NCBI RefSeq assembly: GCF_018977255.1
Contig: NW_024704742.1
Span: forward strand, 84,322,001 to 84,386,000
Direction: 5' to 3'
Source of the DNA: Callorhinchus milii
Taxonomy: Eukaryota
DNA length: 64,000 nucleotides
Part shown: piece after piece, positions 24,270 to 37,418 of the stretch
Layout of the letters: each line of letters opens with the position of its first letter
Numbering within the stretch: the first letter of the stretch is position 1
Position numbers and translations under genes: made by a program
The notes under the pieces: generated by a model
The model's database searches: none
Told to the model about the DNA's origin: nothing
What the model saw: the letters and a program-made list of their open reading frames with translations, nothing else

Positions 24270-24665
24270 CATCAGCAGGACTTGGAGAGGCAATCAGTCA
24301 CTAGGAGCAGGAGTTCTTCCCACTCAGCTCCTGCTAACCCTACAAGCCAAAGCCCTAACAGATAGGGTGCTACTAGTTGGAGAAGGAGAGGGAAGTTTGC
24401 CCTCAGTGACAAGCTATGCATTTTTAACTGGTTGAACTCCAGCAGTACCCCAATGCACACTCTCTGGGGTCTCCAAGTCTTGTCTCTTGCCAACCTGCGC
24501 AAAGTTCTCTTGAATTAGTAAGCAGGATGTGTCCCTCCAGGAAGAGTGTGCATTCCATTCCAGACATTGACATTTCTGTGTATAGGTAGCGTACACGTGG
24601 TCTAGTTTGAATGCTGTTAAGCATTGTGATGGGCTTCAGCATGTTGGACACCCAGCTAATCTAAT
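24270..24665 (+). repeat. Unclassified repeat family X, truncated copy
   Basis: Aligns to other X copies. Ends GGACACCCAGCTAATCTAATAAAAA. Confidence 0.85.
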
Positions 24666-25708
24666 AAAAATAAGATCCTAGCTGCCTCTTCTGATTCCAC
24701 AGTTCCCTCTGGCTTGGTATATGCCACAAATTTAGCTACCTTGTACTGAATGTGTGATTCCACATCATTTATGTCCACTAAGAAAGGGGAGGGGGGCCAA
24801 GACAGATTCCCAAGATTCCTCGCTCAATATTTCCTTGCACCCATTTCAACACTGAGCTTCTGTATGATTACCTTCTGCTTCATTCCTTTAGCCAGTTCCT
24901 AATTCATGTTCATGTCTTTACTTTTGATTCCCAGTGACATCTGTTTGTAAATTAGTCTCCCTGTCATCATAGAAGAGAATGAAGCAGTGGGAGGAATTCC
25001 AGATTACTTGTTAGTATTTCTGATGGTGGTTTTATGAGCAGAGAAAGTTCCCTCAAGACAATTTGGACTGAAGCCAGGTGTTGGAAGCATAACTTTTATA
25101 AGTTGGATTGAATCAGGGTGCAATGGCCTAAATGTTGCCCCAGGAAGAATGGTATCCAAAACCTTCACACCAGTGAGCGAAATATAAATTACTTTAATGG
25201 TTCAGGAGGATCTAAGAATAAAGAGTAGCTAGATCAAGGAAAGAATTTAGGGACCATTTCTTGTCTGATTTATGGTGCAAAACAAGATGGGTCATGTTTA
25301 CAGATTGTGATTTGTTGGAGGATTTTATGCAGGAGGCAGATATAAGAGTACTCAGAATTGCCCAGAGGTGAGGAAATAGATACGTCAAAATTGGGAATGA
25401 ATGTATGGAAAAAGCCTGGAAGGTTAATTGAATTACCCTGTGATCAGTGGTAGACTGATTGATAATTCAAGTTTAAAATCGTTTTGTCACATTCTTTTGC
25501 ACTGCACTTCCTTCCCCTCTGATCATATTCTGGTTCAAAGACAAGCTCACTTACATGAACTGTTTGTAGTTGATTTGTAGTTAGTGTAAGACAACATGGC
25601 ATTGTTCAGTCTTTAATTGCTTCAATGTAGATTGGTGTTGGGAGAATTAGTTTGAATAAGACTTCAAACAGATTCAATTCCAGTCAAGAAAATTAACTTG
25701 TAATTTAT

Positions 25709-26058
25709 GGAGTCCTGTAGCTCAGTGGTTGGAGCACTCGCCTCGCAAGTGAGAGACCTGAGTTCGATTCCCAGCAGAGCGAAACGTTGGGCGAGTTTCC
25801 TTACTCCACACTCCTCTGTTTACCTAGCAGTAAGTAGGAACCCGTTGTTGGTCGATTGGTGGATTGCTTTTCCAGGGGTAATAATTCCTTTTTAAAAAAA
25901 ATTGGTCACTCAATCCACAGCTGTTTGTGGCACACTGCTGTACACAACTTTCTGCACCTTTTCACCCTCAAAATGCACTTTACAGTATATTCTGTGAAGC
26001 GCTTTGAGACGTCTCAAAGGCGTGATAAGGCGCTATATCAAATACAAGGATTATTATT
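25709..26058 (+). mobile_element. Full-length tRNA(Ala-like)-headed SINE with L2-type 3' stem-loop
   Basis: A-box TAGCTCAGTGG, anticodon-like arm CTCGC-CTCGCAA-GTGAG, B-box GTTCGATTCC, central domain, L2-like tail, (TTA)n. Confidence 0.92.
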
Positions 26059-26419
26059 GTGCTTTGGATATAAGTGCAAAATGTGCCATTTAGTGCTGTA
26101 AATTAGATTGGCAAAAAATTATCCCGATTTTAATTTACATTCCGTGATGAGTTTGTAAACATTTGACTTATGTCCTTGATTGCTTTAGTAGTTAAGAAAG
26201 TTGAATGTTTAAACTAGGTTCTGGGTAGTGGTTACAGTACTCCATGGTTAATGTTTGCATGCAGTGAACGTGTATGTGATGTTCAGAGTAATTTTGTAAA
26301 ACTGGGATAGTGGTTTACATTAGCATCAAATAATGTTTACATTTCATATTTCATATTTTTATATAGGGAGGACATCTCACAAGATGAAGCGTAATGATTA
26401 TGTATTTTGTAAATTACAA

Positions 26420-26730
26420 CAATTTCCCACAATCAGCCATAGTCAGTGACCAACTTTATTGGGGGATAGTTCGCACAGACTCCAGGAGAAATTTCCTTCC
26501 CTTTTCTGAATAGTGCCATGATATCTGTAACATCCACCCGAACAGGCAAATGGAACCTCAGTTTAACCTCATTCGAAAGGATGGTACCTACATCAGTGTA
26601 ATGCTCCCCCAGAACTGGATTAGAGAATAGCATAGACTCGGTCCGCATTGACTGAATTCAAAGTCCAAATCCTTCTACCTCAGGCAAGAACTGAAGTAGA
26701 AGGATTTGGCCAAACTGAGGCACTGACACC
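26420..26730 (-). mobile_element. Deu-domain SINE
   Basis: GTGCCATGATATCT..AACATCCACC...CCTCAGTTTAACCTCATTCGAAAG is the reverse-complemented Deu domain. Confidence 0.75.
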
Positions 26731-28104
26731 TGGACTTCAAGTGTCAAGGTGTAAATTCTATTTTTATTTCTCTGGAGGATAGAGATCCATTTTTCTCACC
26801 AGCATTTCAATTTGCTTTCAGCCCCTTTGTTACTTCTGTTTTGAGTTGGTAACCATTTGGGAAGGAGGCTGTCCCTGTGATTTCTGTGGATCCCTTGCTC
26901 TTTTGTCGTCCATATGGTACATCAACACAGCAATACAGCTGAGCTCAATAAGTTGGGGAAATTAAACCTGCATGCCCCTTTGTGCTACTGTGCCACAAAC
27001 ATCAGCTCAGTGTTGATGCATACTAAGTAGTTCCATGCAATATGCATTGCTTGGTTCTCACTGTACTGCACTTCTGTACTGTAGCAAGACTTGTGATCTT
27101 AAACGTCAGACCTGGTTTCTTCAACTCAGTTTTCTCTTTCGAAGGGCATTGTGATTAGCCTCCTTCACCCAGTAGTGTCTGACTGATGCAAGTTTTGTCC
27201 CAACTATAGCTTCTATTTATATTCACTTGCACTTAAAATGTTCTGATGAAAGGGCCTTATGTATTCATTTGTGGTTATAGGTTTTAATCAATTTGTATAT
27301 TAAGGAATCAGAGGTCTTAACAAATAGGGACAATTTGGATCAGTGAGGAAGCAGATGCCTTTAATGTTGCAGGCTATAGTTTCTCAACTGTAATCTGTTT
27401 CCCCTTTTCCCCTCCCCCATCACAATGATGGCGTTCTTTATTTGTGCACGCCAAAAAAAAGGTAAGGAAGTATTCCCTGGGTTACTTATGCATTGATCAA
27501 TTAGTACAGAAGTATTCAAGCATGGTGTGCTTGGAGCAGATCAGAAGGACGAATCTGACTCCTCATAAAAAGATTGCTTCAAAAAATGGGTGTAAATTAA
27601 ATTAGACATTCACTTATTCCAGGCCTTTTCTGATTTACTTCAAACTTAAGTAAAATAGGACTGCTACATCATAATCATAGTTGATGTGGTCAAAATGTGG
27701 CAGGTATAATTTTGTGGATGTATCTTGTGCTGAACTGACTATGTATGATATCACAGATCTTTAGTGCTGTGGCAAAAAATAGCGAAGAGGCAGTATTGAC
27801 AAAATGCCTGCAAAGAATAGGGTAGTGTGAAAGTAAACAGAAACAGTACTTAGAATTTCATGCCTCTATGGACAAGTGTTGGTTCAGCTGCTTTCTTTAG
27901 TTCTATCTGTACATTATGAGGCAAGTGGTATGCAGCTTCTCAACAGGATAGTTCAAACTTTATACTCCAGATATTTTCTCTTGCAAATAGATTTCTGAAC
28001 ACTTTACATGTCACCTTCCTATCTAGAAATAAAAAAGTAGTTCTTCTTAGTACAAGTTTTCTACAGATTTCATTGGAGCACATTAACATTTTTGATATGT
28101 TTGT

Positions 28105-28678
28105 TTTAGTCAGCCGGGTGTCTTGACACTTGCAGAAACCCATCACTATGCTAAAGAGTATCCAAACAAAAATGATAATTCCATGTATCCCACCTACACA
28201 TGGAAATTCATGAGACAGATTGTTGGAATCAAATCCGCACTGTCTCCCTGGAGGGACACATCCTGCTTCCCTAATTCCGGAAAGTATTCAGCGCAGTTTG
28301 GCAGGTGCCAAGGCTTGGGGACCCCAGAGTGTGTGTTGGGGTACTGCTGGACTCTAACCAGCTAAATACTCATAGCTTGCCATTGATAGCACTGTCTGAC
28401 AAGATTTCCCACTGCTTATCCAGATAACCCCATTAGGGCTTTGACTTGCAGAGTTAATAGGAGCTGAGTGGAAGGATTCCCTGTCCCCAGTGACTGGTCT
28501 GCCCTTCCAAGTCCTGCAGATGAGCTTTGCTGTCATCAGCAGTGCCCTTGAGTACTATGGACCCGCCTGGCCCAGGAACCGGACTACCAAGACCACCACA
28601 GAGGGCTGGCTCACTCCCGACCTTCCATTGCCAAACATGCACCTTGGAGCTAGTTCAGCCGGTTCTTACCTCTTCCTC
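28105..28678 (-). repeat. Unclassified repeat family X, near full-length copy
   Basis: Most complete copy, running from TTAGTCAGCCGGGTGTC to GTTCAGCC..CTTACCTCTTCCTC. Confidence 0.88.
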
Positions 28679-30904
28679 ATACCAAACAGACGGTCAATAG
28701 CCAAGAAACATACCAAATGCAAGGATTAATATTATTGAACCAATGGCTGTAGTTTGGGTTGCACTAAAATGTGTAATCTGGATGAATATTCACTGAACTA
28801 TGAACAGTTCACACGGTAATCATTCCATTGTCTGTGAATATAAAGACTATCAGAGTAGTTGAGGTTATACGTTTTGGATTCGTAGACAAATGCAATAGTT
28901 AGTCCAGCCTTTTCCATTTTCAATTATTGACTTTTAAATGTTGATTCTATTAAGTAACAAATAAAGTAAACCAATGAATGAAATGTTTAAGACCCAATCT
29001 TGAGAAGTTCAGTTTTATATCCCTAAAAGAGTAGGGATGTAAAAACAAATCCTCCACTTGTGACATCCTCCTGACGTGAAAGGCCCTATATAAATTCAAT
29101 TTGTTCTTGATGTAAACTACCTAACAAGCCTGCAATTACAGCCAGATTAATGTCTTTAATCTTTGACACTTATTGCCAAACTGGACTATGTGAGTGAAAT
29201 TTTAATGGTTTAACAGAATTTATGTGATAAAAGGATCCTTTTACGAACCCAAGAGTTCCTCATAACTGACTTCTATTTTAATTTCCCAATATTGCAGCTA
29301 CGCACATTATCCAGTTGAATGCAGAGCAATCAACTGGATTTTGCAGGGAAAAATCTTAATAGTAATTCGCTTTTGACTAAATCTGGTAACCAGATAGTTA
29401 CAGCATGATTACACTGGTGCCTGTGGCATAATCTGCATAATTATTTATGCAGATTGGATTGAGTAGAACTGACTTACTTTCTAATTATCCCCCAGATCAA
29501 ATTGGCTGCAGTGTTTGTCTACAGTTACAGTCACAGTGCTTCACAGTTACTCGTGTGAAGTGCTTGAGATCTCAATGACATAAGTATGTCAAATATATCA
29601 AATAAACATTTCCTAACTTGCCGCAACATTACCCCAACTAGTATACCTCCCCCCGACCCCCACCCACACAAGTGTTTTACAGGAGCAATGTGAAAATCCA
29701 AGCGCGTTGGGGAGAGGAAGGTGACAAGTGACCAAAGGCTGGGTAGGGAGGGATGTGTGGAGAATGTTTCCACACAAAGAAAACACTTTGTAGGAAGCAC
29801 AACATTTTTGTTGCGCAATATTTTTTAAAAAAAACTTACAGGCTATTAGTTATTGCATTGTCTAAGTGTGTAAGAATCAGTATTCCCAACAGATTTATTG
29901 ATCAGGGTATTTTGAAGATTGCATTTTAGTCTTCTTTCGTATCTGTAAGCAGCTGTTTCCTGTAACAATACTTATCAGGTCAGGTCTATTCAAAACTAGC
30001 TTTTAAAATTAAATGTTCATCCTTGCTCCAATTTTCATTACTACTGTGCCCTCTTGTTCAGTGATATGAATTGCTTTACTTTTCTTAGTGTAATGCAAAC
30101 ATTTTTAAAACAATTTGGCTCATATCAATGCGTCTCATTTTAACTTGGTACATTGGAATTGCTTATAATGCATTGTCTACTGATAGTTTAATTCTTGGAA
30201 CGTGTCTTGGAATGTGTCTAGGCCTCCAATGCTAACAAAGTGCAGTTAAAACAAAAGAAAAAAGGCTCCCCTTCTTCTCAATTTATTTTGTCCATGTGGG
30301 ACCTAGACAATGGCTGTTGACTGTCTGTTTGACCTGTGGGTATCATAACCAAGTCTAATTTTTGTCTCTACTTAATGTCCACACATGTTCACTTTTTGAG
30401 TCGCAGGACCATGAATAGTAAGTGATTGGAGCAAAACCTTTAATTTCTCATCACTCCAGCTCAGGGATGCCAGTTGCAGTGCTCTCTTGCCATGCTGTAT
30501 GAGAAATGCTATCTTAGCCAAGAACTCTAGATCTTTTGCACCTGCTTGGCTCAGATTCATTATAGGAATTTTAGAACTGTTTCAATTACATAACAATCAA
30601 AAAAAGTAAATGTGCCTAGTTTAGGATAGGCAATTTAAAATCAGAATCATTGATTACTTTGAACTAAGCCCTTCCAAACTGATAATAATATATTGCCTAA
30701 TAGTAATAATTCTGCTTTTCAGTGTTTTTCTATTTAAAACTGGTTAATCTGGTTAAAGTTAATGTTTTTTAAACAAAAGCTTCGTCAGTGAGGTTAAAGT
30801 CATTTCAAATTAAATGTGATTCCATGCGCAAATGTTGAAGTGATGTCTGGCTTTACAGTATCAAACAATGAGAGTGCCACTCTTAAATTGTTCATTGAAG
30901 TAAA

Positions 30905-31600
30905 GAAACAACAAGATTACTTTTGTATAGCGCCTTTCACGTCAGGAAGACGTCCCAAGGCGCTGGACAGAGCACAGCATTTCAGACCCGAGCTGGGGTT
31001 GGGGGGGGAAGGGAGGGTAAGGGGGGTGGCCGATGGCATGGTCGAAGAGGAGGGTCTTGAGGCAGGACTTGAAGGAGGCTAAGGAGGGGGTGAGGCGGAG
31101 TGGCCACAGTTGTGGGTCAGCGAGTTGATGTGGAGGGTGAGGTTTAGGGAGAAGAGAGGGCAGTGAAATCCGAGGAGGTGGTGCAAGGGTTAGGTGGAGG
31201 TTGAAATCAACCATTATGAGCAGATGTTCAGTGCAGAGGGACAGGGATGAGAGGAGAGAGGAGATATCGGTGAGGAAGGAGCCAGGAGGTTTGGGGGCCG
31301 GGCGGTAAACTAGGAGGATTTTTTGAGTGAGAGAGACGAGGGGTGGTAGAGGGTGAGGTGCTCAACGGAGGAGAAACAGCTGGAGGAATAGGGGAATGAG
31401 GGCCTTCCCGCCTCCATATTGGTTGGGCGGGGGGTATGGTGAAAGGTGTAGCCAGGAGGGGAGGCTTCAACAAGGGGCTCGGCATCACTGAAGGAGAGCC
31501 AGGTTTCTGTAAGCCCAGGAATATCATTGTGCTCATCCAGGATGAGGTCATGGATAGCAACGGCTTTGTTGGCGAAGGAGCGGATTTTGGAGGGAATAGT
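30905..31600 (-). mobile_element. L2 endonuclease-domain fragment joined to L2 3' tail
   Basis: IRSFANKAVAIHDLILDE...GLTETWL...EASPPGYTFHHTPR (APE domain) and DFNLH, then an L2 tail at 30905-31085. Confidence 0.85.
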
Positions 31601-31850
31601 AGAGGGTGTCAAGATTATCAACATTTGTCAATGGTGACTGTCAACTTGTCAACATTTTCCCCTCCTTGTACTAATAGTAGCAACTGGAGTTGGGTATACT
31701 CGTCAAAATGGAGGAAGTAGCACTTTAGTGACACCATGACAGTTTGTATTACAGTGGAACCCTATTTTGTTCATAGCGCCATGTGACCAGCTCGCAGTAA
31801 AAATGATTGACTTCCGGGTCGTCAATGATCATGTGTCTGGTGCACTGCAG

Positions 31851-32165
31851 ATAATAATAATGATAATAATCCTTGCATTTGATATAGCGCTTTTCACGTC
31901 TTCTAGACGTCTCAAAACGCTTCACACAATAGACTGTAAAGTGAATTGACTATATTTGTGGGTGAACGCGGCAGCCAATTGTGCACAGCAGTGTCCCACA
32001 AACAGTCGTGGATTGAAGTGACCAATTTTATTATTGTTTTTTTCTTCAGGGATTATTATTGGGCATGTGGAGTAAGGAAACTTGCCCAAGGTTTTGCCCT
32101 GCCGCGAATCAAACCCAAGTCTCTCGCTTGTGAGGCAAATGCTCTTAACCACTGAGCTACAGGAT
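31851..32165 (-). mobile_element. tRNA-derived SINE (short form)
   Basis: Full head and tail, but lacks the central AGCAGTAAGTAGGAACC block. Confidence 0.92.
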
Positions 32166-33259
32166 GTGTGATCTGTGCAGAATACGCATTGTGGTAGTGG
32201 AAAATTAGGATACGTTTTGTGTTCCACCAAATGCGGTAATGTCCTTCCTTCTCTTCTTCCTCCTCTTTCTTTTGCATTCCTACTCAGAAATCACCTAACC
32301 TTTTATCTTTATTGACCTGGAGTCCCTCAGATGACCTTGTTTCACATGCCCTGGATCATATGATTATTCTAACATTAAATGGTCACATTGAAGTTTCTGA
32401 AATGGTGCCATTCGAAACAGTGTAGGAAATTCCCTCTTCCCTAAAATAAAGAAATGCTGTGTATTTATCTGTGAAAATTGCAGAAGTGGTATAATATCAA
32501 TTGCTGAGCCCAAAGTTTGTTAATACAAATAGAGCATTAAGTAACCTTTAAATGGTCGTATGCTTTTCACATATGGCAAGCGGATTTCATTTTCATAAGG
32601 CTTTTCACTTGTTGAATTTGTAGGTGAGACACTTGCATTAAAATTTGATTAGACAATGCTACCTACCCTTAGACCTTGAGCTCAAATTTAAATATGTTTG
32701 ATAGGGTGCATATTTTTAAGTTGTGATCATATTTTCTTATCGTGTACCTTCAGTTGGAGAAAGAGCCTTCTTCCTGAGTTCCAGCATTTAAGCTTTACCA
32801 GGCAGAGATTCATAGGATACTTTTGGTTGAGAAAAGATTTTGTTTTCTATTTCTGGAAGCTCCTAACAAATAATGTGTATTGTAATGTACATGTTGGACT
32901 GTGGTGATTGCATCATCAACGTGGTTATGTGCAGTAAGCAGGTGAAACTTTGCACCATCTCAACTGGTGACTACTGATATTAAATGCAGGTGTTTTCTAG
33001 TTCATGTCAGTCTTTCAGATGAGATATTAAACTGAGGTTCTGTTTGTTGAGGATAGAAATTTAAAATGATGGTGGAAATTGAGCAATTCAGCTTTTATCC
33101 TAAATCATTTTAGCCATGTTTTACTGATTTTTGTGAACCTGGATGTATTTGCTCTCATTTAGAACTGTAAAATCAGTGATGTTGCATAAAATGATTCTGG
33201 TCACTCGTCTCTTAACTAATCATTAAGATATAAAATGTAAATATAAGATATAGTTTTCT

Positions 33260-33393
33260 TTTAGAAAATAACATTATGGGATATAGTACATAGGTAGTTT
33301 GGGACATATGTGCATACGACCGCCAGGAAGGTGGAAGACGAACTAGGTGGACCTTAGACTTTTTTCGGCTAGCATTTCTTATGTTCTTATGTT
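33260..33393 (+). mobile_element. CR1 3' UTR fragment
   Basis: GAACTAGGTGGACCTT...TTTCTTATGTTCTTATGTT, the reverse complement of the tail at 56258. Confidence 0.85.
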
Positions 33394-35669
33394 AAACTGA
33401 ATTTAGCAACTGTGAACTTTTATGAACTTTAGAAAGTTTCACTTCAAGCAGTTATACCATAGGGAGTGAGAGACCATCCTTCAAGGCAGTTTTCCATAGT
33501 GTCTGTTGCATTAGTCTGAGAAACGAAACTAGCGAAAATGTAGATTCGGTGTTGAATTGATACAAGTTCTGCTTTGGAGTTAGCCCATCAGCCAGTCATA
33601 ACCCATAGCATTTGTCCACATGTTCCTTCAGTGCAAATTTCCTTGCAAGATTCTAAGATTTTTCTCACTTCTAAGATGACTGTTCATGATTGCTAACAAG
33701 AGTTTTCTGACAGACCGTCATCTTGGCTAATTTGCATCTGGCAATGGGACATAAATTTGTGTAATCTCACATTTCAGGTTGGCACTGCAGTGTGATACAA
33801 TCTGGCTCTGCATTCTAAGTCTGTAAGGTTAGACCTCATACATTACAATCTCTATGAAAAATAAGAATGGCTACTGGTCCTGCTTCCAGGTCATCAGAAT
33901 GCATCTGACTTTGCTTCTGGCACTGGGCCAGTTTCCAATTAAGAAAGCTGACAGCCATTCTCGTGAGCATTTCTAGCGCATTCACAAGAAACCAGCCAGG
34001 TATCCCTGGGGGTACGCTGCACTTCTGGTAGAGTGGGGCCCACAACCAACTGCTGTACCCAGATATGTTATAATGGGATTGACTTGTACTAGAAGAGCTG
34101 TCAACTTGGAAGTGTAGTCTTTCAGATGAGATATTAAACTGAAGTTCCGTCTGTTGAGGAGGATGTTAAAAATTCCATGAAGCTATTTAAAAAGAAATCA
34201 ATGTTCCTGATGTTCCAGATTAACTGCCCCCCCCACCCCCCGTAGTTTTTTGGGATAAACTGCTTGTTTGTCTACAGTGCAGTGTGTCACTATGTTTGGC
34301 AGTAATTGCTCCAGAAGGCCTGAAACACTTCAGTGTGATGGAGTCATATTAAAAAATATATTTTCGGCTAGAAAATTCAGTTTCAAAGCTTTAGTCTACT
34401 CAAAATAGAGTATTCAGAAATAGAAGCTGGAGGAATTATAGAGTTGCTAACATTGTAAATACTGATCCGAGGCACTCATAGACAGTGCTGCTTTATCAAC
34501 TTACATTGTTTTAGGCTCATGGGCTTGTCAACAGTGCATAAATCTTTTTTTATTTTATTTTTTTATTTTACTCATTAGTTCAGATGAAATTGAGATTCAC
34601 TTCCTTGATCCGTCTGCTGAAAGGTGTATCTCCTGTAAAAATAGATCCATCAAAATGTTAAGGCGCATTTGCTTTTTGTTCACAGAATACTATGTAGAAG
34701 AGAGATATTAAATAAGGACACAAGATTGTAGACTTGTACTGTTCTGAGAACATTATGGTTTAACTTCAAAAGATTAAATTTCTGCTGATTGAAATTATAA
34801 ACTGCAAGAAACTTGCAAGAGCACACCATACAAGGATTAGCTTTGTTTAGCTGCTTAGTGGCAGGAAACTTCATTTGAATTGAGCTGAGGGCTCTAGGTT
34901 TTGACGTGAATGTCTGATTGGGGTGGGGTAGAATTGAGTAGAGATAATACCTTTGTTGTATTACTGTATTTCAAATGAATCCAGACAATAATAGATGCTA
35001 CTCTTTTCAACCTCCAATGTCACATAGCTTCTGGTTGCGTTGTGTAATAATGGGAAGATTTGCTTACTTTCTATTCCTATTAAAGGGAATAATCTAGTTG
35101 TAAAATTGAAACTTCTCTCTGAAAAACAATTATTGAGGTAATTGATGATTGAACCGTCACTTCTCTTTCCAAAAATCAAAATAGTAGTTCAGTTTTGTAA
35201 TGCCAAATAGAGACTTGATAGAATGGACCAAACTTTTTCTGTTTGATTTCCAAACCTTATCGTCGATAATACAACTTTGAGTTGGTTTCACTAGAATGAA
35301 ATGCAGTACTTATATGCTAAAAATCAAACGATCAACCTTTGTATTTTTATTGTCTTTAATTGAGTGCCTGCAGCTCCAGGATAGAAATAAATTTAACATA
35401 CAAATTACAGAAAAGCAGAGTAGTTGAGTAATACATTGGATGTTAATGTGCTACCTTCAGCTTCAGATCTGGGTACCAAATGACTACCCCAGACTAGTAA
35501 AATGAGTCTTTCCTCTCTCTGTGTCTCTCTTGTGGCTGTAAAATTTGATCAACTTGAGTGCTTTTTTCAGCCCTTGTTTCTTAAAGTGCCCGGAGCATAT
35601 AACTGGCATTAAATTTGCAAACTCATTCTTGAGAGACCATATCCTAGTGTTAGTGTGAGAATGAATATT

Positions 35670-35930
35670 CTGAATGATGAGGTCCTGTATTGCCTGTTCA
35701 GGTGGATGTTAACAATCCTGTGACACTATTTGAAAAGAGGAGTTTATCTCGATGTTCTGGCTGACAATCCCTGAGATATATTAAAAAAAACTGGTAATTC
35801 ACTTTCATAGCTTTTTGTGGGACATTTCTATTTGCAAATTGACCTCTGTATTTTTTATAAATGTACAGTCACTATATTTTACAGAAAGCTTTAAAGCACT
35901 TTGAGACATCAACATAATTCAAGGATTATT
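35670..35930 (+). mobile_element. Deu-domain SINE fragment (similar relics at ~34110-34330, 36490-36760, 41585-41700)
   Basis: GCCTGTTCAGGTGGATGTTAA.AATCC..TGACACTATTTGAA. Confidence 0.7.
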
Positions 35931-37310
35931 CTTGTTACACAGCTTGGAGGAAAGGTAGATTGTCAGCAAGCTAAAGAGGAATTTAGATACGATTTTAAGA
36001 AACTAATTGAGGTTTGATTCCTTTTGTTTATATTTTGAAACCAGACTGATGGACTACAATGTTTTTTTCCAGTCCTCTGTATTTTTATGTTCATAGTTGT
36101 CAGTTTGGTAACACGTTGTCTGTTTTTCTACAAAAAACAACTACACCTTGATAGAAATTGCTTGTGAAGTGTTTTGAGACATTTCAAGGTGTTGAGTGCA
36201 CTTCTTTCCCAGCAAATGCAAGGTACAAAACTTAGTCCATTGAAAGATATGGAGAATGTGTGAAATCCAGAATTTAAACTGGAAAGTCGAATGTGCTGCT
36301 TTCTGATTTGCTTGCGTACAAGTTCAGAACTACAATGTTGGAAGAGACTGCATTGTTGATTGCAGGACATATAGTACTACTCAAAGAACTCAAATAACAC
36401 TATTCTGCTATCAAGAATTAACAACGAAGCAATGATGGTCAGAGTATGACTAGTGCATTGCTCTGTTATGAATAGCCAGCTTCTTCTTGTTTTCATCTTT
36501 TGGTTGAGGTATTAACTTGGCGTCCTGTCTGCTTAAGTGGATGTTAAAGATCCCATGGCACTTTTCAAAAAGAGAAGGTAGTTTCTTCTGGTGTTTTGGC
36601 CCAGTTTTCATTAATGTCATGGCTGTTTGTGTGACATTACTGCGTACAAATTCATGCTGCATTTGTCTACAAAGTCATCAGATGTTATAGAAACCTCTGA
36701 ACCACTTTTGAGATGTTTTTGCTGTGATAAAGCTATATCAAAATGCAGATTTATTATTGTAAAATACTATTCTGCTTAAGTGTGTAACGTAGAGAGGGAT
36801 CGGGATGCTGATACTAGTATTATGGAAGTAAGACATTTGTTGGGAGTGAATGGTCTCTCCCCTATTTATAGGTGCGAAACCTTGTATCTTTTTTAAAAAA
36901 ATATTGAAATTTACATCACGATCTACTAATGTGGCACTTGCCAAATACATTTTCTTAGCAAGTTCCTTCATTAGGATGTGTTCAAAAGGAGGTCCTGAGT
37001 GCTTCATTAAAGGGATGACAGATTAGTGGTGATTTGTATTGGGTGTTTTCGGCCATCTATTTTAGCTGCTAGTTCAAAAGTGTCATTGGCAGAAGCCAGG
37101 AAGCAGTTCACCATATGTTGCCTTAGCCATGAGATGATAATAGCAGAGTGAGAGATTATTTGTACCAAAGAAATGCTTGAATATAGCTTTTTAAAGAATT
37201 TATAGTCAATTTGTCAGCCTTATTTTGTGAATTGTACTTTAGTATAATGCTGATTACTGTTGCATCTTGTAAACTCATTTTAATGTTTTGTTTTTCTTTT
37301 CGCCCAACAG

Positions 37311-37418
37311 CCCAGTGTTTTAATTGTAAGTTACAAGGAATCTGCTAAGGCGACTTCACACTTGGGATCTTATGAAAGAACTGAATGGAAACCAGACAGT
37401 AGCATGTTAGCAGTTGCA
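37311..37418 (+). CDS. RIC1: RIC1 coding exon 2 (108 nt)
   Basis: Pyrimidine tract then CCAACAG| acceptor. Encodes PSVLIVSYKESAKATSHLGSYERTEWKPDSSMLAVA (cf. human PSVLIVTYKE...EWRPDSTMIAVS). Donor GCA|GTAAGT, phase 0/0, in frame with exon 1. Confidence 0.97.

Noticed and set aside
25709..25782. tRNA-Ala-like cloverleaf (also at 57218 and 57544)
   Set aside because: Acceptor and T stems are imperfect, and each continues into the same SINE body and tail. These are SINE heads, not tRNA genes.
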